Assembly: GCA_963706795.1 (NCBI GenBank)
Contig: OY970170.1
Coordinates: 1,020,001 to 1,052,000, forward strand
Direction: 5' to 3'
From: Candidatus Saccharimonadota bacterium
GTDB lineage: Bacteria > Patescibacteriota > Gracilibacteria > BD1-5 > UBA2023
DNA length: 32,000 nucleotides
The stretch's first letter is position 1; every line of letters begins with the position of its first letter. The notes below the pieces were generated by a model. The model searched no databases, was not told the DNA's origin, and was given only the letters and a program-made list of their open reading frames with translations. The position numbers and the translations under genes are program-made. Shown in pieces: positions 17,401 to 28,287 of this stretch.

Positions 17401-18398
17401 TCGAGCCCAAAATCATAGCGGTAATTGAGACCGCGAATACAGAGCCTTCGGAGATTCCATTCTTCGTCGGCGAGCTGGATTGTTCAGGGTGGAAGAATAC
17501 TGAGATAGGCGTTGTAGTCTGCTGCTTCGTCTGGTGCGAGCTCGAATTTTGGGATGAGGGTTTTTCCGTAGGGGATTTCGATATTGATCTGGCTGGAGAT
17601 CTTGAGGGTGTTCTCGATGGCATCTGGCGCATACGAAAAAAGCTCGCGCATCTCTTCGGGACTACGAAGCGAATAGTTTCCTTCGATGAGTGTAGGGCGA
17701 TCGGGGTCTTCAAGCGAGCGTCCATCTCCAATACAAAAGAGGAGATCTTGAGCCTCGTTGTCTTCTTCGGTGAGATAATAACTGTCATTCGCAGCCACGA
17801 GTGGGAAGCTGTATTCGCGGGCAATTTTTACAAATGTGTCATTGATCTTGGTCTGTGATCCACGATCTGGATGCTCGAGAAGCTCGAGATAAAAGTTACC
17901 TTTACCGAAGAGACTTTCGTAGTATTCGATGCGTTCGACGACATATTCTCGTGGACGACCGGTTGTGACGTGCTGGGCGATTTCACCGGTGTGATTACCG
18001 GAGAGTGCTATGAGATCGGACTTGTAATGATCGAGGAGCTCAAAGTCGATGCGTGGCTTAAAATAAAATCCATGGAGATAGGATTCGGTGACCATGGCGA
18101 TGAGGTTTTGGTACCCATCAAAATTCTTGGCTAAAAGCACGATCTGATAGAGATCATTGTCCTTATCTTTATTTGTACGACCCTTTCGTGCGATGGTAAA
18201 TTCGACTCCGATGATGGGATTTACGCCCGCTTCTTTGGCATATTTATAAAACTCAAATGCACCATACAAATTTCCTGCGTCCGTGAGTGCGAGACCTGGC
18301 ATGCCTAATTCTTTGGCTTTGTGTGCCAGCTTTTTAGGAGTTCCAAGACCCTGGAGGAAGGAATAATGTGTATGTGTATGGAGGTGTACAAATGACAT
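14499..18398 (-). CDS. dnaE: DNA polymerase III alpha subunit (1299 aa)
   Basis: Five ORF-track pieces share one frame and are joined by TGA at 17484, 17112, 16971, 16692, 15672 and 15432. No TAA/TAG occurs in the gaps I checked by index. It has the PHP N-terminus [17 protein letters not shown] plus GPGR[TGA]SAAG and KLE[TGA]..GVHA motifs. The stop is TAA 14501-14499. Confidence 0.95.
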
Positions 18399-18404
18399 GA
18401 AAAA

Positions 18405-18426
18405 GCGCGCTATTTGATTCGCGCGC
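18405..18426 (-). terminator. GC-rich hairpin plus T-tract directly abutting the dnaE ATG
   Basis: On the minus strand: GCGCGC-GAATCAAATA-GCGCGC-TTTTTC-ATG(dnaE). Confidence 0.4.
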
Positions 18427-18502
18427 CAGTGTAGTCGGAATTGGTGTTTTTTGAAGAGATTATTGTATGAATCGTGGTTTATGAATTACAGTCCTTGATT
18501 TA

Positions 18503-19561
18503 TTATGAAAGGAGTTTCTGAAGAGTGCCCCATGTGTTTGTGGTATCTGATTTTAGATACATTTCTTTATTGATGAGTGCTCGAAAAAATGTTCCCTGGC
18601 TATTGAAGACATGGAGATTTGCTTTATCTTTGAGCCCCCCTTTTGGGATATGAAATTTTAAAGAATACTCTCGCTTATTTTCTTTCTCTATTTCAGATGA
18701 AAAAAAACGGGTTTCACCATCGAATTCATAAGAGCAATCTGCGGTGCAGGTAACTTCTAATTTTGATCAATCTTTTCTGACTACCTCGATTTGTGTAATG
18801 CGGAAATACATAATCTGTTTTCCTTTGGAGTTACTTACAAGATCGCCAAAATCAAGCTTGTCTCCGTTTTTGAGAATATGCACTTCAGATACTTTTTTAA
18901 AATCCTGAACAAGCGTTTTATGGAACTTTGGGACATTCTTCTGCACAGCTCATAGTATAAGCTCCACTGGCTCTAGCGATTCTATGTGAGAAGCAACCCT
19001 GTCTTCTACTGTAACGCCACCCTGCGCAAGAAGTCTTTCCGCCGTCTTGCTGTCTCATCGTGCAAAGGCTGCGAGTAGCTCTGGCGACATACCAGAAGAT
19101 TGTGCGGGTACCGTTTTTGATATAGGAACAGCTTTGACTGGCTGAATTGTTTGTGATGCAAACTTTGCAGTACGCTCTTTGATTCTCGCAAGATGGTCAG
19201 CTTTCTTGGCAGCTTCGATGCGTTGTTCTTCCTTCTTTTGCTCTGCAATTTTCGCTTCTAATAGATGCGCTTGGACTTCTTTGCTTTTCCAGAGCATTAT
19301 AAAATGAGTGTTTTGCTTGAGTGTTTCATGAAGTTCGTCAGGCGTAATGGATTTCTTGAGATCCTCCGAAGCAGAGTATACCTGCGTAATATAAGATCTT
19401 GCGCCATTGAATAGCGCTATTTTATCTTTTTTACCATGGTCGAGCTCAGTCTTAATATAGACGTCAACGGTGGCGTGGACTTCTAATTGGGCAGCTCGAA
19501 GTCGTGGGTTGTTTGAAATACTGCCCCGATTCGTGGGAGAATTTGATGCAGATAGATTCAT
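18503..19561 (-). CDS. Hypothetical protein with a coiled-coil segment (~352 aa)
   Basis: ORF 19055-19615 continues through TGA at 19055, 18950 and 18767 to TAA 18505-18503. I prefer ATG 19561 as the start over the TTG at 19615. Confidence 0.55.
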
Positions 19562-19669
19562 AGCTCTTTCTTTACTAGATGCGTACAGTTGAACATATTT
19601 AATATTTGTCGTCAATTATTTGTATTAAAAATATTTGGCTTTCTGACTTCAAACTCCATACTACGCAAC

Positions 19670-20233
19670 ATGAACGAACAAAAATCTCTCATCCTCGCTA
19701 TCGTTGGTCCTATCGGATCAGGGAAGGGGACTGTATCCTCCTATATCGAGCGACATTATGGTGCTGTGACTTTCAAGTCTTCGAAGCCACTTCGTCGAAT
19801 ATTGGAAATCCTTGATATCGAAGTAAGTCGATCGACAATGCAATTTCTCTCACAGCTTTTGCGAGAGTCCTATGGACAGGATTCGATTGCTCGTATCGCC
19901 AAGCGCGAAGTTGCGAATTCAGATGCGCGCATCTCAATCATTGATGGAGCTCGTCGCATTCCGGATATTGCACCATTTTTGGGTCTGCCGAATTTTGCAC
20001 TTATCTATATCGATGCCAGCGCTGAGGTGAGATATTCTCGTATTACGAAACGTGCAGAGAATGCAGGAGATTCAGAGAAAACTTTCGAGGAATTCATGCA
20101 AGAAGAACTCGGTGAACCCGAAAGCAACACTCGCTCGCTTCACGAAAAAGCTGCATACACGATCGATAATTCTACCAATGAAGCCGAACTGATGGCACGA
20201 GTCGATGAAATTATGGCAAAACTTATGGCATAA
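19670..20233 (+). CDS. P-loop nucleotide/nucleoside kinase-like protein (187 aa)
   Basis: Starts MNEQKSLILAIVGPIGSGKGT (Walker A). It has IIDGARR and a lid-like region RYSRITKRAE. The stop is TAA. Confidence 0.6.
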   Translation: MNEQKSLILAIVGPIGSGKGTVSSYIERHYGAVTFKSSKPLRRILEILDIEVSRSTMQFLSQLLRESYGQDSIARIAKREVANSDARISIIDGARRIPDIAPFLGLPNFALIYIDASAEVRYSRITKRAENAGDSEKTFEEFMQEELGEPESNTRSLHEKAAYTIDNSTNEAELMARVDEIMAKLMA

Positions 20234-20245
20234 GCCTTGCTAAAA

Positions 20246-20281
20246 TAAAAACCCCTTTCGATCGAAAGGGGTTTTTATTTT
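20246..20281 (+). terminator. Rho-independent terminator
   Basis: AAAACCCCTTTCGATCGAAAGGGGTTTTTATTTTT. Confidence 0.8.
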
Positions 20282-20371
20282 TCGTAGAATTTTCCTTTAA
20301 AGTCTACCTCATTTTCATAGACTTCGCCAGAGCTGTGTTTACAAAGACAGAGTTGCTTCTATACTGAGTGC

Positions 20372-21319
20372 ATGACAAAAATCTCGGATATTCATCATTT
20401 GCGCGAGCAGGCGCAATCGCTTCTTGCACCATATATTATTGCGTCGGAACACTTGATCGATCTCTATTTAGTGTCGATCCTTGCGGGCGGACATTTGCTC
20501 CTTGTGGGTCCTCCAGGCGTGGCGAAGACTCGATCTGCGGGATTGTTTTCACAGCTACTTGATCTTGATTTTAAGCGTATTCAATTTACACCTGATTTGC
20601 TTCCGTCTGATATCACGGGTGCTGAGATTTATGACCCTAAAAAGCAGGAATTCTTTGTAAAAAAAGGACCGCTTTTTGCTTCATTTGTGCTTGCGGATGA
20701 GATTAATCGAGCTCCATCCAAGGTGCAGTCTGCTCTCCTCGAAGCTATGCAAGAAATGCAGGTGACGATCGGGATAGTTTCACATAAGCTTCCAGATCCG
20801 TTTTTTGTGGTAGCAACCATGAATCCACTCGATGGCCAGGGGACATATCCTCTTCCAGAGGCTTCACTCGATCGTTTTTTGCTCTCGTATCGGCTCGAGA
20901 TGCCAAGTGCAGAAACCGAAGTCGCCATTATGCTCCAGTCTCACACGAGAGAACATCCAAAACTTGATCCGCTTGCACAGTCGAGTGATATCGTTGAGAT
21001 GCACTCATGGATAGCAAAAAATGTATTTGTAGATGAAAAAATCATCCGATATATTGCTCGGCTCGTGACCTGCACCCGAGACGAGAAGATGACGGATTTT
21101 GCGCACGGTATTTCGCCACGGTGATCTCTCGCACTCCTTGCGACAGCCCGTGCATATGCCGCGCTCATGGGACGAGAATACGTCATCCCCGAAGACATCA
21201 AACTTCTCGCGCCACATGTCCTTGAACACCGAGTCTCTCTCTCATATGAGGCACTCTCACAAGGAAAAACCAATAGATCAGTTATCCACGAGCTTCTCGC
21301 GCTGATTTCAATAGAATAA
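20372..21319 (+). CDS. moxR: MoxR-type AAA+ ATPase (315 aa)
   Basis: Contains GHLLLVGPPGVAKT, VLADEINRAPSKVQSALLEAMQE and ATMNP. GISPR[TGA]SLALL reads through to TAA 21317-21319. Confidence 0.85.
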
Positions 21320-21355
21320 CCCAGTTACAGCGTTTTTATCCCTTCTTTTGCTCTT

Positions 21356-22534
21356 ATGTTCAATAATCGCGACGAGATTCTCCGCACAGAAATCACGCTC
21401 CTCGAGCAAGAATGACTCATCGACGCAAAGCTCGCAAAGAAGCTCCTTGTCCGTTATCCAGAAAACCACGAGTGAGCACTCGATCGATTTGTGCCGCTTA
21501 TTACAGGTGCTGGTGCAGTGCTGGTAGGATTGGGATTTATTCTCTATTTTGCAGCGAACTGGGGATATATTGCTGATATTTGGAAGACGGTTTTGCTCAT
21601 TGCAGCTGTCTTGTCTACGGGTACCGCAGGATATATTCTCTCTGAGAATAAAAACATGCCCAAAACGGGGGCGGCTCTCATTATTTTGTCGTCTTTGCTC
21701 TATGGGGCATCAATTTTTTTACTGGGACAGATATATAATCTCGGCGGGTCACTTACGGGAGCGCTACTTTTGTGGGCGATTGGGGTTATACCGATGGCAT
21801 ATTATACGGGATATAGGCTACTAATGATTTTGGGTGTTGGGCTTTTGGTGGGATCTGTCTTTTCGTTTTTAGAAGACCACCATGTATGGTTTGTGTGGGA
21901 TACACTTTTGATTTCAGTGGGAACTATTCTGCTCTTTGCATCGATATTTCATAAGAAACGCTATCCAGAATTTGCAGTTGATCTCGTTCGCATTGGAAGC
22001 GTGATCATCTTAGGTGTTTCGTATTTTCTGACATTTGATTTTACACCATACATGACCTGAGTGCCAAATGATAGCTTTTCACTTTTGGCGAGATTTGTTC
22101 CACTTACGGTCGCACTTGTACTCATAGTGTGGTTGCGATTTAAAAATTATCTACGCACGCTTGAGGCGAGCGGAATTGCTCTCCATCTGGTAATTATTGG
22201 AGCTATTGAATATATCCGCACTATGGGAGTGAATCTCTTTAGTGGCGTAACGAATGCGTATACGATCGTATCTTTTATATGTACGGCGTTTTCGATCTAT
22301 TACTTCCTGTTTTTGCTCTTTGTGGCATACATTTGAGTACATCGCAATTCGCGTGAACTCATCAATCTCTCAGTCGCATTTATGGGGATTTATATCCTCA
22401 CAAAATTCTTTGATGCGTTTTGAAATCTCATGGATCGAGGACTCTCCTTTATTTTTGGAGGAATCATCCTCGTAGGTGTTGGATATCTTATGGAGCGCGT
22501 TCGTAAACGACTTCTTGCTAATATTTCCCGTTAA
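21356..22534 (+). CDS. Polytopic membrane protein, DUF2157-like (392 aa)
   Basis: One frame runs from ATG 21356 to TAA 22532-22534 through TGA at 21413, 21473, 22058, 22334 and 22421. It has many TM segments and sits upstream of a GDYXXLXY gene, as in the cluster I recall. Confidence 0.6.
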
Positions 22535-22543
22535 TCCTCATAT

Positions 22544-23326
22544 ATGAAAAAAATATATATTTTCGGGTGTATCGCATTTCAAGTGGTATTACTCATGGTA
22601 ATGGCCGGTAGATATGAATATGTACTATATACAGGCACTCCCATGAAGGTTTTGGCTCAGGCAGTTGATCCAATGGATCTCTTCCGAGGACAATATGTAG
22701 CTCTCAGATATCCGATTTCGTCATGGACGGGCAGCCTCGATGAGTCGATTAAGACAGGGGATCGTGTATATCTTTCGCTCACAAAATCAGCGTCTGGGAT
22801 TGTAGATACCGTGTCGCATGCTTCTGCCTCAAAGTCAGACTGCCAAGGTCTCTGTGTTGGTGCAAAGCTGACATCACGCGAAGAACATCAGACTTTTAAA
22901 GTCGCGTACTCATATAAGGGTACTGGAGGCACGATAGTTAATCTCACAAATCAGTCATATAATAACGTAGTATACCAGTATCCATCCTACCAGGCTGCAG
23001 AATCAGTTTTTGCTGTCTGAGAAAAGATCAGAGTCACTACATGCGGCATGCCATCTGGTATTTGTGGGATAAGCAAAAAGACTCCCGAAATAGCTCAGTA
23101 TCCTTCGTATGAATATGATTTTGACGGCCAGATTGAGGCCATCTGACCAAAGGTGACCATTGCGAACTTTGAGCTCGATGCCAGCAGGTTTTATGTGAAG
23201 GAATGAACGGGATATTCGCTCGAAAAACTCATTCGTGATAGTGTGGTATACGCAAATCTCCGAGTAGGAAGCAGCGGTGTAACCGTTGTTGAAAGTCTCG
23301 AATCAAACGGTACGATTATCCGTTAA
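22544..23326 (+). CDS. GDYXXLXY-domain protein (260 aa)
   Basis: It has an N-terminal TM, then DPMDLFRGQYVALRYPI (RG-Y-x-LRY motif). It continues through TGA at 23018, 23144 and 23204 to TAA 23324-23326. Confidence 0.65.
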
Positions 23327-23327
23327 T

Positions 23328-24137
23328 ATGCAGCTGTTAACCTTCCCAGAATATCGGGCTGTGCGTGGAAGACAGGCAGGAACTTTTTTGTCTGCATATG
23401 CGTCACATGGAGGTGATTTCCATGAAATGCGAACCTACGAGCCTGGTGATAATGTTGCTCGTATCGACTGGCCAAAAACGCTCTCAAGATGAGGTGATCC
23501 GCTCGTACGATCCTATCGTGACGAAGTCGATCGTACACTCGCTATTTTTGTGGATATATCACCGCTGCTCAGATTTGCGGACGATCAGCATTCAAAACTC
23601 GATTGTCTCATTAGTTCCGTCCATTTATTGGTTCGATCAGCGTGGGTGCGTCAGATGGGTGGCATGGTTTCGTTTGTCGTGGATGGCAAAGTTAAAACAG
23701 TGCCACTCCCAACAAACGAATTGATTCTTGCAAAGCTTTTGGCGGATATACGGAATACGGTTTTGCATACTGACAAGATTGCAATCTGACTACTTGAACA
23801 GTCGATCGAGCAGCTACAACTGCAAGATGCACTCATTTTTGTTTTTTCGGAGCGAGTAAGTGACTTACCAAAAAGTGCACTTGGTCGACTTGGCAGACAA
23901 AATCTCATATATCTCTTGTCTATTCGCCATCCACTCGAAGAAGATATCCTTAAAAATTATCAATTCGTTGCCTCGGATGGCAAAAATTATACTGATGCCA
24001 GTCTGAGCGAGGCTGTATCAGTAAAGACTTCTGCAGATCATCCAATACATGCGGTTCAGAGTGTTGTGCTCGACGCTTCAAAGGATGTTTTCCCAATATT
24101 TGCTCACGCGTTCGCTCACCCCGTATGGAAGAACTAA
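23328..24137 (+). CDS. DUF58 protein (MoxR partner) (269 aa)
   Basis: Contains GGDFHEMRTYEPGDNVARIDWPKTLSR[TGA]GDPLVRSY, the DUF58 signature as I recall it. TGA occurs at 23490 and 23787. The stop is TAA 24135-24137. Confidence 0.75.
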
Positions 24138-25207
24138 TCTGGTCATATATCCATTTTCTCGGTTTTACACATCGGGAACTTTTTTTGCTTCATGAGATCG
24201 ATACTCGTGCAGATAAGCATCTCGAAGGTATCTGCCATGGGATTTTTGAACTCAAAATGGTCGAATCTCGCAAGCAGACTGTACGAGCAACTCTCCAAGA
24301 AACTCCACTCGAGAACTATCTCGAAAAACTCAAAAAAACAGGTGCGCGCATCGTGCTTTTTACACATCCAGAGTTTCCTGAGGCCTTTCATCATATTCCT
24401 AATAGACCGTTTTATCTCTCGGTCCTTGGTGTGCTCCGCGACATGCCGTTTCTCTCTATTGTTGGCTCTCGCCAATGTACGCCATATGGCCATGCGCTCG
24501 TGAAGCATTTCACTCCCACACTTGTGCAGGCAGGCTATGGAATTGTCTCGTGAGGTGCACTCGGGATTGACGCATATGCCCACGAGGAAGCGCTCAAAGC
24601 TGGAGGCTATACCATTGCCATCATGGGCACGGGCATTGATCAGCTCTATCCTATATCACACCGCCATCTCTATAATCGTCTTTTAGAATCGGGTTCGGCG
24701 ATTATTTCGCAATTCCCACTCTTGACCGAGCCAAAGCCATATAATTTCCCAGTGCGAAATGAGCTCATCGCGGGGCTCTCAAAATGAACCCTGCTCATCG
24801 AAGCTAAAGAAAAATCAGGCACACTCATTACGGCTCAGATTGCGGTTGAGCTCGGTAAGGATGTGTTTGCTCCGCCGGCGGATTATACTCGTGAAAATTC
24901 GATTGGTACAAACCTGCTTATCCAGCGTGGATGTGCTAAATTGGTGCTTTCACCCGAAGATATCCTCATAGAATACGATCATACTGTAGGTCAGGTCCAG
25001 GCAGTAACTACGCCGACATTTGAGGATATTACGACACAAAAGATTTACACAATGCTGCTGCATGGATATGCTCATCCCGATCAAATTACCAAAGTCTCGG
25101 ATCTTCCTGTCGACCAAATCCTCATAACCCTCTCGATCCTCGAGATGAGTGGACATGTGCGAATGCAGGCCGATGGCACCTATCAAACAACATTATGAAA
25201 AAAATAG
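24125..25207 (+). CDS. dprA: DNA processing protein A (360 aa)
   Basis: Contains GYGIVS[TGA]GALGIDAYAHEEAL and PVRNELIAGLSK[TGA]TLLIEAKEKSGTLITA. The ATGA overlap with murG is not a stop in code 25, so the protein ends ..TTLGKK at TAG 25205-25207. Confidence 0.9.
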
Positions 25208-26247
25208 CTTTCATCGGTGGCGGCTCTGGCGGACATATCATGCCAATCATCGCGATCTACAACTTCCTTAAAAATGATCCTGAGCTTTCTTTTGTGTGGA
25301 TAGGGGAGAAGGGTGCAATGGACGAGGCCCAAGCCAAAGAGCACAATATCCCATTTCGTGGAATTGTCTCGGATAAGCTCAGGCGTTATTTTTCGCTCCG
25401 TTCACTCATTGCGCCATTTCGTATCGCATTTGGGTTTTTACAAGCAATCAGCGTGCTCATAGGCGAAAAACCTGATGCAGTGTTTTCGAAGTGAGGACCG
25501 GTTTCTTTTCCGGTGGCCGTTGCTGCATGGCTGCTGCGAATTCCACTCTCGCTCCATGAATCTGATACCATTCCAGGGCTTGCTAATCGTGTCTCAGCAA
25601 AGTTTGCGACGAAGATTTTCCTTGGTTTTCCAGAGGCTGTACAATTTTTTGATAGCACAAAAACTGAAGTAGTTGGGCAGATTCTTGATCCATTCTTTAG
25701 TCAGTATCTAGCTCGTACCGACCTGCCAAAACTTCCTATTTGAGACCGAACAAGAGTCCTTGTGTCGTGTGGAAGTCTCGGTTCTACCATTATTTTTGAG
25801 AAGCTTCTGACCATCATTGCAGATTTTCCAAACCTCGATTTTAATGTCATCCTCGGGAAGCTTAATATACATCTCCATAGTCGTTTCGCAGGCATCGCCA
25901 ATGTCACAGTGATCGATTGGGCTGACCGTGCTCAAATCTCTGATCTCTATTATCAGAGTGATGTTAGTATTATGCGTCCAGGCGCAACAACGCTTGCAGA
26001 GACGCAGGCTTTTGGTCTTCGCATGATCATGATCCCACTCGGGGTATCCTCGTATTACCACCAATACTACAATGCGATTTCATGGTCCAAGCTCTACCAA
26101 GGACATACAGTGATCGAAGAAAAAGACTTAGACACACTCTCCGAAGTACTCCATTCGCTTGAATGAGTCCGCAAGACTGAACTCAAAAAATCAGACAATC
26201 TCGGTGCTGTTGAGGTGATTTCAGATTATTTGAAGGGAGGGAAGTAA
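25195..26247 (+). CDS. murG: UDP-GlcNAc:lipid I GlcNAc transferase (350 aa)
   Basis: Starts MKKIAFIGGGSGGHIMP and contains FSK[TGA]GPVSFPVAVAA and HESDTIPGLANR. TGA occurs at 25492, 25741 and 26164. The stop is TAA 26245-26247. Confidence 0.85.
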
Positions 26248-26250
26248 TAA

Positions 26251-26279
26251 AAAACACCATCGAGAGATGGTGTTTTTTT
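26251..26279. terminator. Bidirectional terminator between murG and miaB
   Basis: AAAACACCATC-GAGA-GATGGTGTTTT. Confidence 0.75.
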
Positions 26280-27726
26280 AAATTCGCTCAGCTTTCAAAA
26301 TCCATCCATCCAATTCTCCGATTTTTACCTTTACAAGTGTTCCAATTTCCTCTTTTCCCTCGAACCAGACTTCTTTAAAATTGCGCGTTCGGCCAAGCAT
26401 TTGGCCTTCTTTGCCGACTCCGGTGACGAGGACTTCTTCGGTGCGACCGAGCATGAGTTTGGCTCGGGATTCGACATTTTTGGCAAGGATATCATTGAGG
26501 ATGGTCCAGCGGCGTGCTTTTTCGGCAGGACTAACATCGTCTCAGAGTTTGTCAGCTGCAAATGTACCATTGCGGACGCTGTAACGTGCAATATATGCAA
26601 AATCAAAGGCGCATTCTTCCATTGCACGGGCTGTGAGTTCGAAGTCTTCCTCGGTTTCACCAGGGAATCCCACAATGATGTCCGTCGAGATCGAAAAGAG
26701 GGGATCATGTGACCGGAGATAGTCGACTTGAGCCTTAAAATCCGCATAGGTATGTTTCCGATTCATTGCTTTTAATACCTTGTCTGAGCCTGATTGGAGA
26801 GCAAAATGGAGATATGGACAAACTGCAGGGATTTCAAAATGTGCATCCAAAATATCCCGTGTCATATCATGCGGATTGCTCGATGTAAATCGGATGCGAT
26901 CGAGATTTGGTATTTCCCCAAGCGCATTTAAAAGTTCCCGAAATGGTGTAATTTGCCCGCTGAGATCTTTTTCCCATGTGAGCGACTCGGTATTCCAGAG
27001 TTTTGCACGGGTTTCCTTCCCATAGCTGTTTACATTCTGACCAAGAAGCGTGATTTCTTTGGTACCATTAGATGCAACTTCGCTCGCTTCGACAACGATT
27101 TCTGAGATGCTGCGAGAGGTCTCGCGTCCTCGGGTGTGAGGTACGATACAAAAAGTACAAAAATTATCGCATCCAGTTTGGATGATAACATTGGCACTTC
27201 CTGGATTTTCTTGGGCTTGCTTGATTTTGAGATATTCTTCCCATTTTTCGTCATTTCCGATGTCGAGTTTCCAGATGAGGGAGAGGAGCTTGGTGAGGTA
27301 GCCGGTTTCTTCAATTCGAAAGACAAAATCAATGCGCTCTGATCTCCAAAAGAGCTCGTCATCATAGTTGGTGATGTTGGTAGCATCTTCAAGTAGGCTG
27401 ATCTTATTTGGACGTTTTCGGCCGTCTGCTTCTGGGAGATATTTTTTAGCAAGTCCGGTGCGTCGCACCATACAACCAGTGATTCCTACGAGGATATCTC
27501 GATCATTTGCCTCGGCCCAGCTTTTGATTTCTTTAGCATAACTAAAGACCTTGTCTTCTCACTTTTGTCTGACGGAGCAAGTATTAAGGATGACAACATC
27601 AGCCTTGGTTGGATCGAGCACCTTCATGAGTCCAGACTGCAAAAGTATGCGGTGAATCTTTTCAGAATCCGCATAATTCATCGCACACCCGAAGGTTTTT
27701 ATATAGAAGGTTTTTTTCTGTTCCAT
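26278..27726 (-). CDS. miaB: tRNA methylthiotransferase, MiaB family (482 aa)
   Basis: N-terminus MEQKKTFYIKTFGCAMNYADSE..NTCSVRQKGEDK (UPF0004 domain), radical-SAM motif CDNFCTFC and a TRAM-like C-terminus. TGA occurs at 27559 and 26542. The stop is TAA 26280-26278. Confidence 0.85.
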
Positions 27727-27891
27727 GGAAGGTATTTGCTCTCGCTTTGATCCTCGATCTCCTGATGAACCACGAGATTTTTCAGATGCTTCAAAAAAAT
27801 TGGAACATACAAATCTGCAGAGGCCTGCATTTTAGAGAAAAGTACAGTTTTGTAAATTTGAAAAAGGATTCAGAGAGGCTATACTTTGCCC

Positions 27892-28284
27892 ATGTCAAAA
27901 ACCATCTTCACCCGAATCATCGAAGGCGAAATCCCTTCGTACAAGATTTATGAAACTCCGCATGTCTATGCATTCCTCGACATCAACCCTGTGCAGGAGG
28001 GGCATGTACTTGTAGTACCTAAGCTTGCTGTAGACGCCTTTACTGAGCTCCCAGAGCCGTTTTATACTGAGGTTTTCCATGCTGCAAAGCTCATTGCTCA
28101 GGCGCAGATCAAAGCATTTGGAACTTCACGTTCGGTGCTTTCAGTGCTCGGATTTGATGTGCCACATGTCCATGTTCATGTGATTCCAGCAAATAATATG
28201 TCCGAAACACACTTCGGAAATCCCAAAAAGCTCACGCCCGAAGAATTTACCGAAATTCAAAAGAAGCTCATTGCTCATCTCTAA
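27892..28284 (+). CDS. HIT-family (histidine triad) protein (130 aa)
   Basis: Contains IFTRIIEGEIPSYKIYE and the HVHVHVIP triad. The stop is TAA. Confidence 0.85.
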   Translation: MSKTIFTRIIEGEIPSYKIYETPHVYAFLDINPVQEGHVLVVPKLAVDAFTELPEPFYTEVFHAAKLIAQAQIKAFGTSRSVLSVLGFDVPHVHVHVIPANNMSETHFGNPKKLTPEEFTEIQKKLIAHL

Positions 28285-28287
28285 AAT

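Noticed and set aside
14499-26247. UGA read as Trp (code 4, Mycoplasma-like) as the explanation for read-through.
   Set aside because: TGA aligns with conserved Gly positions (GPGRGSAAG, VSGGALGID, KGGP, SPRGS). Trp at these positions is implausible.
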